DNA from: Flavobacteriales bacterium | GTDB lineage: Bacteria > Bacteroidota > Bacteroidia > Flavobacteriales_D > Sanyastnellaceae | Direction: 5' to 3' | NCBI GenBank assembly: GCA_947488195.1 | Contig: CANKYR010000002.1 | Coordinates: 5,241-69,240 of the forward strand | Length of the DNA: 64,000 nucleotides | Program-made: the position numbers and the translations under genes | Shown: in pieces, positions 36,444-46,300 of the stretch | Position numbering within the stretch: the stretch's first letter is position 1 | Layout: the number at the start of each line of letters is the position of its first letter | Notes under the pieces: generated by a model | The model's database searches: none | What the model was told of the DNA's origin: nothing | What the model saw: only the letters and a program-made list of their open reading frames with translations

Positions 36444-36873
36444 GTTGAAAAAGCTCATAGTAGGATTTTTATTCTTAGGACTTTTGTTCGTCCCAATGCA
36501 TTCCTGCACAGACCGAAGCCAAATGCTCAGTCAGATTTCATTTTCAATTAACGTTAATATTTTCGAGCCTTCATTCTTCGACCTAACCGTTCCAACCGGA
36601 TGGATCTATTACAACGGTAACACAGTAGATTTAATTATTTATCGAAACGATATCGATGTGTTTTCTGTCTTCGACGCACGAAGCACACACAATCCCGACA
36701 ATCCATGTTATGTCCAAGTAAACACAGATAACGTAACGGTTTCAGATACTTGCTCGGGAAGTAAGTGGTTACTTTCTGACGGAAGTTTAATCAACGGTCC
36801 CGCAAATTACAATTTGCTGCAATACAACGCCGATTTCAATCCGGTTACCGGATATCTTCATTTGTATAATTAA
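36436..36873 (+). CDS. Lipoprotein with a degenerate Rieske-like fold (hypothetical)
   Basis: 145 aa. Lipobox VPMHSC. ARSTHN and DTCSGSKWLLSDGSLINGPANYNLLQY resemble Rieske boxes CxH and CPCHGSxFxxxxGxxxxGPA, but two of the four cluster ligands are replaced. Confidence 0.5.
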   Translation: MDKLKKLIVGFLFLGLLFVPMHSCTDRSQMLSQISFSINVNIFEPSFFDLTVPTGWIYYNGNTVDLIIYRNDIDVFSVFDARSTHNPDNPCYVQVNTDNVTVSDTCSGSKWLLSDGSLINGPANYNLLQYNADFNPVTGYLHLYN

Positions 36874-36880
36874 TTGTTTT

Positions 36881-37279
36881 ATGAAAATTGAACACATCGG
36901 AATTGCAGTGAAAGACATCGCTGCTTCGAACGAAATTTTTTCTGCGCTGTTAGGCGTAAAACCCTACAAGGAAGAACGGGTTGAATCGGAGAATGTCATC
37001 ACTTCGTTCTTTCAAGTAGGTGACTCCAAAATAGAACTTGTTCAAGCCACTTCTCCGGATAGCGCCATTGCAAAATTTCTCGAAAAGAACAAGGAAGGAA
37101 TGCACCACATTGCCTTCGAAGTTCAAGATATTTATGCGGAAATAGAGCGTCTCAAATCTGAAGGTTTTACCATGATTCACGAAGCGCCAAAAGAAGGCGC
37201 AGACAATAAGCTAATCGCCTTTCTTCACCCGAAAAGTAGCAATTCAGTTTTGGTGGAATTGTGTCAAGAACGCGTGTAA
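36881..37279 (+). CDS. mce: Methylmalonyl-CoA epimerase (VOC/glyoxalase family)
   Basis: 132 aa. MKIEHIGIAVKDI, GMHHIAFEV, and VLVELCQ at the C-terminus. Confidence 0.85.
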   Translation: MKIEHIGIAVKDIAASNEIFSALLGVKPYKEERVESENVITSFFQVGDSKIELVQATSPDSAIAKFLEKNKEGMHHIAFEVQDIYAEIERLKSEGFTMIHEAPKEGADNKLIAFLHPKSSNSVLVELCQERV

Positions 37280-37315
37280 AAAAAATGTATCTTCGCCTCA
37301 CTTCAAATTAAAACT

Positions 37316-40300
37316 ATGATTTCGTTTCAACGTGCAAACATTATTTTAGGTTGGTTCATGTTTATGGCAGCAACCGCTGTGTACATGATGACCCTTGAAC
37401 CAACAATGCCTTTCTGGGATTGTGGTGAGTTTATCGCTTCAGCATACAAACTCGAAGTAGGTCACCCCCCGGGAGCGCCGTTGTTCATGCTTATTGCACG
37501 CCTGTTCTCGGCATTCGTAGGAGTGGAAAACGTTCCGTACGCAATCAATTCCTTGTCGGCAGTTTCTTCCGGAGCAACCATCATGTTCCTCTTCTGGACC
37601 ATCACGCACCTTGCAAAGAAAATGGTTGACAAAGACGGAGACCAAAGCGACAACAAAAACCTAATCATTTTCGCAGCTGGTTTAATCGGAGGATTTGCCT
37701 ACGCGTTCAGCGATACGTTTTGGTTCAGTGCTGTTGAAGGCGAGGTATACGCTATGTCTTCCTTATTCACAGCTGTAGTTTTCTGGGCTATTTTGAAATG
37801 GGAAAGTGAAGCCGATGAGCCAAGCAATTTGCGTTGGATCATCTTAATCGCTTACCTCATGGGATTGTCTATCGGCGTTCACTTATTGAACTTGTTGGCT
37901 ATTCCTGCTATTTGTTTCGTTTACTACTTCAAGAAATATCCTTTCTCTTGGAAGGGAGTCGCTATCACTTCAGGGGTTGCACTTGGTTTGTTATTCTTAA
38001 TGCAAACCGTTATCCTTATTTGGTCTATTCAAATTGCAGCGTGGTTTGAGCGTTTCTTCACGAACACGCTTGGAATGCCTTTCAATACAGGAGTTTTCTT
38101 CTACGGCTTAATTTTAATTGGAGGATTGGTTTCATTGATTATCTATTCGAAGAAACGCGGATGGGTAGCTGTTAATACACTTACTTGGAGCATTGCTGTT
38201 GCCCTCATTGGTTACACCACATTCGCTACCATCGTAATTCGTTCACAGGCAGACACGCCTATGAATGAAAACAAACCGAACAACTTCTTCGCCCTGGTAT
38301 CATACATGAACCGTGAACAATACGGGGATCGTCCTCTTCTTCGCGGACAGTATTTTAACACCCCACAAGTAAGAAACAAACCTTATACAGATGGAAATGA
38401 AGTGTTCGTGAAATCATACAGCGTGCGCGAGGACAGTAACAAAAACAAGTTGGTCATTTCCTTCAAAAACAGATTCGAAGCCGAGCAATACGTTTCCAAC
38501 AACACCGATAAGAAGTTAATGGTGAAGGAAGAGTATTTGGAAACAGGCGAGAAGAAGGCTACCGAACCGAACTTTGCGCAAACACACGTGTTCCCGCGTA
38601 TGTATAGCAGCCAAGGAAGCCACATTCAACAATATAAAATTTGGGCTGAACTGAAAGACTTAAAACGCACGCCAACTTTCGGTGAGAACATGGGCTACTT
38701 CTTCAGCTACCAAGTGAACTGGATGTATTGGAGATACTTCATGTGGAACTTCGCGGGTAAACAAAACGACACCCAAGGTCACGGAGATTTCGTAGACGGA
38801 AACTGGAAAACAGGTATCGGTTTCTACGATGAAGCCCGTCTTGGAAATCAAGAATTTGTCCCAGAATTATCGAAGAACAGCAAGGCGAACAATTCATACT
38901 ACATGATTCCGCTTTTAATTGGTTTACTCGGATTGGTATATCAACTACTACGTCACAGAAGCGACTTCATTGTAGTCGGACTTCTGTTCGTGTTAACAGG
39001 ATTCGCTATTGTGGTGTACTTGAACCAAACTCCGCTTCAGCCGCGAGAACGCGACTACGCCTATGCAGGTTCGTTCTACGCATTCGCCATATGGATTGGC
39101 TTGGGTGTAACCGCCATTTATTTCTGGTTGAAGTTGGTGTTAAAGAAGATTCCTTCAACAGCAATTGCAGGATTGGCTTTCGGGCTTACTCTTGTTGCGC
39201 CAATTTTAATGGCTGCGCAAGGATGGGACGATCACGATCGTTCTGACCGCAGAACGGGAATTGACATGGCGAAGAACTATCTGAATTCGCTTCAACCCAA
39301 CGCAATTATTTTTACCAACGGAGATAACGATACCTTCCCGTTGTGGTATGCGCAAGAAGTGGAAGGTGTTCGAACCGATGTGCGTGTGGTGAACCTTTCG
39401 TTATTGAATACCGATTGGTACATCGATCAAATGAAACGCCGTCAATACGAAAGTGCTCCTGTGCCTTTCTCTATCCCTGAATTTAAATACCGTCAAGGTA
39501 CTCGCGATCTTATTGTTCTAAATTCAGACAGTGCTCTAACTCCTTTGGAAGAAGCCCTTTCGTATTGCTTAGACGATTCGAAAATTCAAGACTTCGGATA
39601 CAAGAAATTCAGCGTTATGCCGAACTATCAATTCTCTTACGCTGTGTCGAAAGAGAACCAAGCGAAATTCAGTCAATACGTAGGAGCGAATGACTCCTTG
39701 GTAAACACCATGAGTTTTGCATTATTGGATGACGATGGTGAGAACCCTCGTCAGTTCATTACCAAAGCGCAGTTGATGGTAATGGATTTAATTGTTCACA
39801 ACAATTGGGAACGTCCAATCTACTTCGCTGTTACAACAGGTTCTGAAGCATACATGGGTCTAGAGCCATACTTCCAATTGGAAGGATTAGCGTATCGCCT
39901 TACTCCAATCTATCACTCAGATTACGATCGCGACAACATGTCCGGTGGCGTAGTCTCTGAGTTGATGTATGACAACGTAATGAATAAATTCCTGTGGGGA
40001 AATATCGATACGAAAGACATTTATCTAGACGAGAACAATCGCCGTATGGTAACCAATTTGCGCATGCAATTGAATAACCTAGCAGAACAGTTCATCATTG
40101 AAAACAAAATGGACAAAGCTGTTGCTGTGTTGAACAAGTCTATCAATTCACTTCCTGAAAAGAATGCGCCATACGATCAGCCGCAGATCATGTGGCAAAC
40201 AGCCGAGTTATTATTCAAAGCTGGAGACATACAAACTGCTACGAAATTGGCAGAGCGCGTATTCGCATTGAACAACCAAATGCTCGATTATTATGAATCG

Positions 40301-40600
40301 CTTACCAAAGCAGAGCAGAAATCCATAGAGCGTAAAATGCAAATGAGTGCATTTGTGAACGAAGAACTTGTGAAGGATATGGAAGCATATACTCCAGGTT
40401 CAGAGGCCGCGAAGAACATGCGTGCAGCTCATGAAGTTGCGTTAGACAATGTTGGACTATTAGAATTGATGAAAGAAGAGCGTGGTAAGAAAGAAGCGAT
40501 GGAGGCGCAAATGGCGTTGAGAGATTCTTTAATCAAGGTAATGGGACAAGCGAAATTCGACTCGTTGTCGAAGGTGAAAAGAAGTCAAGGTAAATTCTAA
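37316..40600 (+). CDS. DUF2723-family polytopic membrane protein (GT-C-like putative glycosyltransferase) with a large C-terminal soluble helical-repeat domain
   Basis: 1094 aa. N-terminal signature EPTMPFWDCGEFIASAYKLEVGHPPGAPLF, many TM helices up to about aa 650, and a soluble C-terminal ~430 aa with TPR-like helices. Confidence 0.8.
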   Translation: MISFQRANIILGWFMFMAATAVYMMTLEPTMPFWDCGEFIASAYKLEVGHPPGAPLFMLIARLFSAFVGVENVPYAINSLSAVSSGATIMFLFWTITHLAKKMVDKDGDQSDNKNLIIFAAGLIGGFAYAFSDTFWFSAVEGEVYAMSSLFTAVVFWAILKWESEADEPSNLRWIILIAYLMGLSIGVHLLNLLAIPAICFVYYFKKYPFSWKGVAITSGVALGLLFLMQTVILIWSIQIAAWFERFFTNTLGMPFNTGVFFYGLILIGGLVSLIIYSKKRGWVAVNTLTWSIAVALIGYTTFATIVIRSQADTPMNENKPNNFFALVSYMNREQYGDRPLLRGQYFNTPQVRNKPYTDGNEVFVKSYSVREDSNKNKLVISFKNRFEAEQYVSNNTDKKLMVKEEYLETGEKKATEPNFAQTHVFPRMYSSQGSHIQQYKIWAELKDLKRTPTFGENMGYFFSYQVNWMYWRYFMWNFAGKQNDTQGHGDFVDGNWKTGIGFYDEARLGNQEFVPELSKNSKANNSYYMIPLLIGLLGLVYQLLRHRSDFIVVGLLFVLTGFAIVVYLNQTPLQPRERDYAYAGSFYAFAIWIGLGVTAIYFWLKLVLKKIPSTAIAGLAFGLTLVAPILMAAQGWDDHDRSDRRTGIDMAKNYLNSLQPNAIIFTNGDNDTFPLWYAQEVEGVRTDVRVVNLSLLNTDWYIDQMKRRQYESAPVPFSIPEFKYRQGTRDLIVLNSDSALTPLEEALSYCLDDSKIQDFGYKKFSVMPNYQFSYAVSKENQAKFSQYVGANDSLVNTMSFALLDDDGENPRQFITKAQLMVMDLIVHNNWERPIYFAVTTGSEAYMGLEPYFQLEGLAYRLTPIYHSDYDRDNMSGGVVSELMYDNVMNKFLWGNIDTKDIYLDENNRRMVTNLRMQLNNLAEQFIIENKMDKAVAVLNKSINSLPEKNAPYDQPQIMWQTAELLFKAGDIQTATKLAERVFALNNQMLDYYESLTKAEQKSIERKMQMSAFVNEELVKDMEAYTPGSEAAKNMRAAHEVALDNVGLLELMKEERGKKEAMEAQMALRDSLIKVMGQAKFDSLSKVKRSQGKF

Positions 40601-40606
40601 AATGAA

Positions 40607-41620
40607 ATGAAGGAATTCCTTCGATTCATTAATAAAACAATAACAACAAAGCGTTTAACAAACGCTTTGCTTGTTTATATGGGTTTTTATTTTTCTCGAA
40701 TTTTTAAATCGTCGAAGCCTTGGGGAATGCCCATATCTCTGAGCATTGAACCCACCACCGCTTGCAACCTCGGTTGTCCTGAATGTCCTTCAGGATTGAA
40801 ACAATTCTCACGTGATACAGGTAATTTAAAAGCGGAGAATTTCAATCGTTGGCTCGATCAACTGGCTCCAACGCTCAGCTATCTGAACTTTTATTTTCAA
40901 GGAGAGCCCTTCATTCACAACGAGATTTTACAATTTATTTCGAAGGCATCTGCAGTAGGAATTTACACTTCAACTTCAACCAACGCTCATTTCATTACAG
41001 AAAAAAAAGCTGAGGAAATTGTGCGCTCTGGTTTGGATCGAATTCTTATTTCTATAGACGGAACAACGCAAGAAGTGTACGAGCAATACCGCATACACGG
41101 CTCGCTGCAGAAAGTGTTAGACGGAACGAAACGTTTAGTTGAAGCAAGAAAAAATCTAAAGTCTAAGACACCTCACATTATTTTTCAGTTCTTAGTTGTT
41201 CGTCCGAACGAACACCAAATTGAAGACGCCAAGCAATTAGCGAATGAATACAAAGTCGATGAAATTCGATTTAAAACAGCGCAAGTGTATGATTATGAAA
41301 ACGGCAACCCACTCATTCCAACGATAGAAAAATACAGCCGTTACAAACGTCATGCGAATGGAAAGTTCACAGTGAAATCATCCTTAGACAATCATTGCTG
41401 GCGCATGTGGAGTGGGGCAGTGGTTACTTGGGATGGAAAGGTGGTGCCGTGTTGTTTCGACAAAGACGCAACCCATGAAATGGGCAATCTTTCGAAGGAA
41501 AATTTTAATGCTATTTGGAAGGGTATAGCGTATACAGCGTTCCGCAAACAACTCTTGAAAGGAAGGAAGGAAATAGATATCTGTAAGAACTGTTCCGAAG
41601 GAACAAAAGTTTGGGCTTAG
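40607..41620 (+). CDS. Membrane-anchored radical SAM enzyme with a C-terminal SPASM/Twitch-like Cys cluster
   Basis: 337 aa. N-terminal hydrophobic helix (LTNALLVYMGFYFSRIF), radical SAM CNLGCPEC (CX3CX2C), and C-terminal CWRMWSGAVVTWDGKVVPCC ... CKNC. Confidence 0.85.
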   Translation: MKEFLRFINKTITTKRLTNALLVYMGFYFSRIFKSSKPWGMPISLSIEPTTACNLGCPECPSGLKQFSRDTGNLKAENFNRWLDQLAPTLSYLNFYFQGEPFIHNEILQFISKASAVGIYTSTSTNAHFITEKKAEEIVRSGLDRILISIDGTTQEVYEQYRIHGSLQKVLDGTKRLVEARKNLKSKTPHIIFQFLVVRPNEHQIEDAKQLANEYKVDEIRFKTAQVYDYENGNPLIPTIEKYSRYKRHANGKFTVKSSLDNHCWRMWSGAVVTWDGKVVPCCFDKDATHEMGNLSKENFNAIWKGIAYTAFRKQLLKGRKEIDICKNCSEGTKVWA

Positions 41621-42096
41621 TCTTTTTGAATCAGTGCAACCGCATAAGCGTTCACGCCTTCTTCTCTTCCAACAAATCCCATCTTCTCTGAAGTGGTAGC
41701 CTTTATGCTCACATCTTCTTCTTCAATTTCACAAATGGAAGAAATCACTTTCTTCATTTCAGGAACGAAAGACATGATTTTCGGACGTTCCATGCACAAG
41801 GTAGAATCAATGTTCCCCACTTTCCATCCGTCGTCTTTCAATACTTGAATGGTACGTTGAAGAAGAATTTTTGAATCAATGTTTTTGAATTCAGAAGAGG
41901 TGTCTGGAAAGTAAAATCCGATATCTCGTTTTCCCGCTGCACCTAATAAGGCATCGCAAATGGCGTGTAAAAGAACATCTGCATCGCTATGTCCCAATGC
42001 TCCTTTGTCATGTGGAATCTGAACGCCACCGAGCCACAACTCCCGGTTTTCAGTTAACTGGTGAACGTCATATCCAAATCCTACGCGAATCTTCAT
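41617..42096 (-). CDS. ispF: 2-C-methyl-D-erythritol 2,4-cyclodiphosphate synthase
   Basis: 159 aa. GFGYDVHQL and GHSDADVLLHAICDALLGA. The start overlaps the porV stop (TAATG). Confidence 0.95.
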   Translation of the reverse strand: MKIRVGFGYDVHQLTENRELWLGGVQIPHDKGALGHSDADVLLHAICDALLGAAGKRDIGFYFPDTSSEFKNIDSKILLQRTIQVLKDDGWKVGNIDSTLCMERPKIMSFVPEMKKVISSICEIEEEDVSIKATTSEKMGFVGREEGVNAYAVALIQKD

Positions 42097-43334
42097 TATT
42101 CTACAGGATCAGAAACTTTAGCATTCGCACCTACACTGAATCGCAGGCTGAATCTTAGTGTATTCGCTAACGGATTTTGTTGCGTGGTACTTACCAAGTA
42201 ACTCATGTCAATGGTTAACACCTGGTAATGCAGTCCAGCACCAAAGGTTATAAACTGACGATTTCCTTTGGTGTAATGCTCATGAAAATAACCTAAACGA
42301 ATAGCGAACTGTTGGGCGAAGTCGTACTCAAATCCTGTCGCAATGTTGTACTCGCGAAGTTCTTCACGGAACTTACTTCCCGCCACAATTGATCCTGTTT
42401 CTGCATCGTACATTCCAGGTGCATCATAGAAAGATTGAATCATTCCAGTAGCCGTTCCTACTTCAGGATTGTATCCTGAAACAATGGTATCACCGTCGTT
42501 GTTATAAATCGGTGGAGAAGGAACTAAGAGTTTATTCAAATCAAACAAAAACGTTAACTTATTGTAGTCATCGAGATTTGTAGAGATTGCCGTTCCTAAT
42601 CTCATGTTGGTTGGAATGAAATCGCGATTGTCTGAGTTGGTATAGCTCATTTTCGCTCCAATGTTCGAAATGTTTAATCCCCAATTTAATTGAGATTTAC
42701 GTCCAGCAATTTTAATCTTGTTGTTAGTATAGAACGTTGAAATATCTACAGCAACCGATTGCCCAGGGCGACTTTCAGCGCCTTGTAAGTTGGTGCGACC
42801 CGTTAAGTTTGAATTAATATATCGAAGTGCAATTCCCCCAGAAAATTTCTTGGAAAGTTTTTGAGAGTAGGCCAAGTCTAAAGCGAATTCAGCCGGACGG
42901 AAATCCATGATGTTCGTTCCCACTTCATCTGTGAAAGTAATATTTCCCAGAGTAAAATAGCGAAGTGATCCGCCAATCGCTTGGGTCTTGCTTAATTTTT
43001 TTATTGCGCTTAAATAAGTTAAGCTCATGTCGTTTACCAATGCTCTTAACCAAGGAGAGTAGGAAACACTAACGTCTAAATCATTCTCAGAAAATGCCAT
43101 CTTAGATGGATTCCAGTGAATACTACTAGCATCTGGATCAAGCGCTACGCCTGCGTCTCCTAGCGCTCCGCTGCGAGAGTCAGGTGCAATGGTTAGAAAT
43201 GGAACCGCTGTGGTAATAGTATTAATGGTGGCTTGACGACCATTTAACTCATTCGGATTCGTAAGTTGAGCGAAGGCAGAATGGGTAAAAAACACCAATG
43301 CTGCTATACTACTTATTTTAAAAATACTTTTCAT
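42096..43334 (-). CDS. porV: T9SS outer-membrane shuttle/channel protein PorV (LptO)
   Basis: 412 aa from ATG 43334 (MKSIFKISSIAALVFFTHSAFAQ). TAVPFLTIAPDSRSGALGDAGVA is the characteristic PorV N-terminal motif. Beta-barrel pattern, and the gene is adjacent to porU. Confidence 0.88.
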   Translation of the reverse strand: MKSIFKISSIAALVFFTHSAFAQLTNPNELNGRQATINTITTAVPFLTIAPDSRSGALGDAGVALDPDASSIHWNPSKMAFSENDLDVSVSYSPWLRALVNDMSLTYLSAIKKLSKTQAIGGSLRYFTLGNITFTDEVGTNIMDFRPAEFALDLAYSQKLSKKFSGGIALRYINSNLTGRTNLQGAESRPGQSVAVDISTFYTNNKIKIAGRKSQLNWGLNISNIGAKMSYTNSDNRDFIPTNMRLGTAISTNLDDYNKLTFLFDLNKLLVPSPPIYNNDGDTIVSGYNPEVGTATGMIQSFYDAPGMYDAETGSIVAGSKFREELREYNIATGFEYDFAQQFAIRLGYFHEHYTKGNRQFITFGAGLHYQVLTIDMSYLVSTTQQNPLANTLRFSLRFSVGANAKVSDPVE

Positions 43335-43373
43335 GCTTGCTGCAAATTTAACATACATATGCTCTTCAAAACG

Positions 43374-46300
43374 TTATTTTAAAATTACCAATTTTTGAAA
43401 CGATTCGGCGCGTTGTCCTTTCTCGTTTCGAAGTTCTAGTTTGTAGATATACGTTCCCTTACCAATGGCATTTCCGAAGTCGTCTTTTCCATCCCAAGGA
43501 ATATCCTGACCTCTAAATCCGGTTGCGTAAAAAGACGATTCAATGGTCTTCACCAATTTCCCACTTACCGTGAAAATCTGAACACGCGCGTCCAATTGCT
43601 GACATGCCTGATTGTGTTCATAGATGAAGCTGGTGTTTGTAGTGAATGGATTCGGATAATTCAGCAAATGACTCAACGCAATTTTCGAATCTTCCGCTAC
43701 AGTAAACTGAATGGTTTCCTCATTGCTGTTGTTGAATACGTCCCAAGCTTTAACAGTAAGGGTGTGATCACCGATAGACAAGGTGCTTAATGGATAGCGA
43801 ACTTCCCCGCTGGTGTAAGTGTCAAGATCCGATTCATAGAAATCATTCAACACGATAGGCTTAGCGGAATTGCCATCAATGATTGCCGTTAAATTATGCC
43901 CAACACCATTTCCCACGGTATTGATTCCATTTTCATCTTGAAGTTTCGCCAAAATAATCGGAGAGGTATTGGTAGAGCCGCCGCTCACAAAAGTTGAATC
44001 ATTCAAGTAAAGCGAAATCTCTGGGCCAATCGTATTCAGTTGCGCATTCGGATTCAAACTTCCAATTTTGAATGCTTCACAATATCCATTTCCATCCTTA
44101 TTTCCAGAAACAGTATAGTAGCTCACTCGAGCGCTGTCAACAGAATAATTTATATCGAAGGGAACAATGAACTTGAAAGAAAATTCTCCATTACTCACGC
44201 TAGCTTTTCCGCGATAAATAATTTTGTTGAAGGAATAAAATTCTTGGAACTGCCCTTCTTCGCCATTTTGATCATTGTTCTGCGAAATCACCTTCGACTC
44301 TTTATCATAAACGGTAGGATATATAAAACCATTGAAACCGTTCAAGAAATTTCCGTCGCTGTCGGTCACTTTACCTTTGAACTCCACTTCATTCAAGGCT
44401 TTTAAAGTATCCGTGAATGAAGCCAATTCAATGTTGTTGATGTGTGTCGTCTGCACGCTTAATTTCGGATAAACCATAGTCAACGCAGGGTCACCGAGAA
44501 GACTGAAATTAGGCTTACTATCGTTTCCGATGGAGACACCGTTCTTAGTTAGCATATTCAACTCACCCAATGTTTTTACCGCACCGTTTTCACTGTGAAG
44601 CGCGTGCTCGAAAAACGCCAAATCCATTTCGTAATTTTCACCACTGAATACAATACGCGTTGTTGTAAGCATGGCTATGGCTCCGCCATTGGCATTCATA
44701 ACCAATAGCTCTCCGGCAGACTTAACTTCAGGATCGTCGTATCGCGCTAGCTCACACGTAGCAGTCAAGAAAACAGGTAAGCGATATTTATTGGTGAAAC
44801 CACTAATTGTAGGAAGGTCTAAAACACGTTCATGCGCCCAACCTTTTTCACCACCGTGTCCAATATAAGTAAGCAACAATGTTCCGCTCTGAACGCGTTG
44901 TTGAATAGCCTTCTCTCCTTCAACATAACGTTCTCCACCTGGAGTAGATATTTGCGTGAAGGCATCCATGTATAGTTTCGAAATGTCGTATTCGGGATGA
45001 TTCGTTTTTACAATGTTGGCAAGTGAATTTGCTGAATTCAAATGCACTTGCTCGTACGCACCGCCGCTGCCGTCTTGATCATCGGAAACAAACGTCACGA
45101 CATTCCTCCAATTTCCGTAAGGAGAATCCTGAACGTCGCCCAAACAATAGGCACCGCCGTTGCTCGAAGTGTTTTCTGAGACGTATGCTTTTATTTTCCC
45201 CAAGTAGCCATAGGCTTCATCAAGAGAGGCCGCTGGAATTCTTCCAACCCCGCAATCTAAAAGGCCCGTAGCATTTCCGTCTTCTAGTGGAGAAACCATT
45301 ACGAAGTAATCATCGCTTACATAACTGCTTGTTGGTGAAAGTGAGTTGTTCGATTCGAAGACCATAACATTTGTTCCTTCTTGGTTAACAAGACCTTTGT
45401 TGCGTGAATAATCACCATCACCCAAAATGAGCAAATTCTTCGGAGCACGTTTGCCACCGTTCGCACGGTCGTATTGCATTTTTACAAGCTGCCTGAAGGC
45501 CATTGCATCTGGATTTCCACTCGAAAATTCATTGAAAATTTGAAGAGGAGTCGCCACTTGAACGGATTGCCCTTGCGCTTTGTGAATGGCCGCAATCTCT
45601 TCTGCAACAGGCATAAGAACAGGCGAACTAATAATAATTAAATCGTTACTTGCCCAGCCGTGTAAATCCTGATTTTCAACTTTTCCTATCGGAGTCGGTG
45701 TGTAAAAACTGGATGCAAATGCCACGAATTCCTTCAACTTATCAGTTGCTGAAGTCCATGTTGAAAGCGCCCCGCTAGCTGCAAGTGTCACACGGGTAGG
45801 CGTGGTGAAATTTGTGATGTCCCAAATTTCATTCACAGCATAAGATTGCTCAGAAATTTGAAACTCAGTAATGTTACCCATCCCAACAGAGGTTGTGTCG
45901 CGAAAACGCATTTGAGTGCCTTGCATTTTCAATTGCTGAGTGGCGTTCATGCATATGTAGTCAAGCCAGCCTTTCGCATCGGAATTACCTTTATTAAAGC
46001 CAACTGAAACATTGAAATTTCCATTGGTTGGAAGGAAAGAAGTGTTAATTCTTCCGGTACGTGCAACTTGCGAAGTAGGCGAATCTGTAACGTTTCCGAT
46101 GGAAATGGAATTCACATTTCCTTGAACTGTTGCTGTAAAGATTGAGCTTCCCCCTATTGTTCGGGCAATGGCATTGAAATCCATACTGGCGGGCTCAGTA
46201 GTTTTTACATTGGGAAAACTAAACGTGTAAGATCCTGAAAGCACCGCGTCATATAAATCGCCATAAAATTCTCGTCCAGATTTTGCGGGACTGTACTGAT

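Noticed and set aside
40602-40610. Mini-ORF ATG AAA TGA overlapping the radical SAM start (ATGAAATGAAGG).
   Set aside because: A two-codon ORF in a 6-nt gap is most simply a coincidence of the A-rich start context. I have no evidence for a leader-peptide function.
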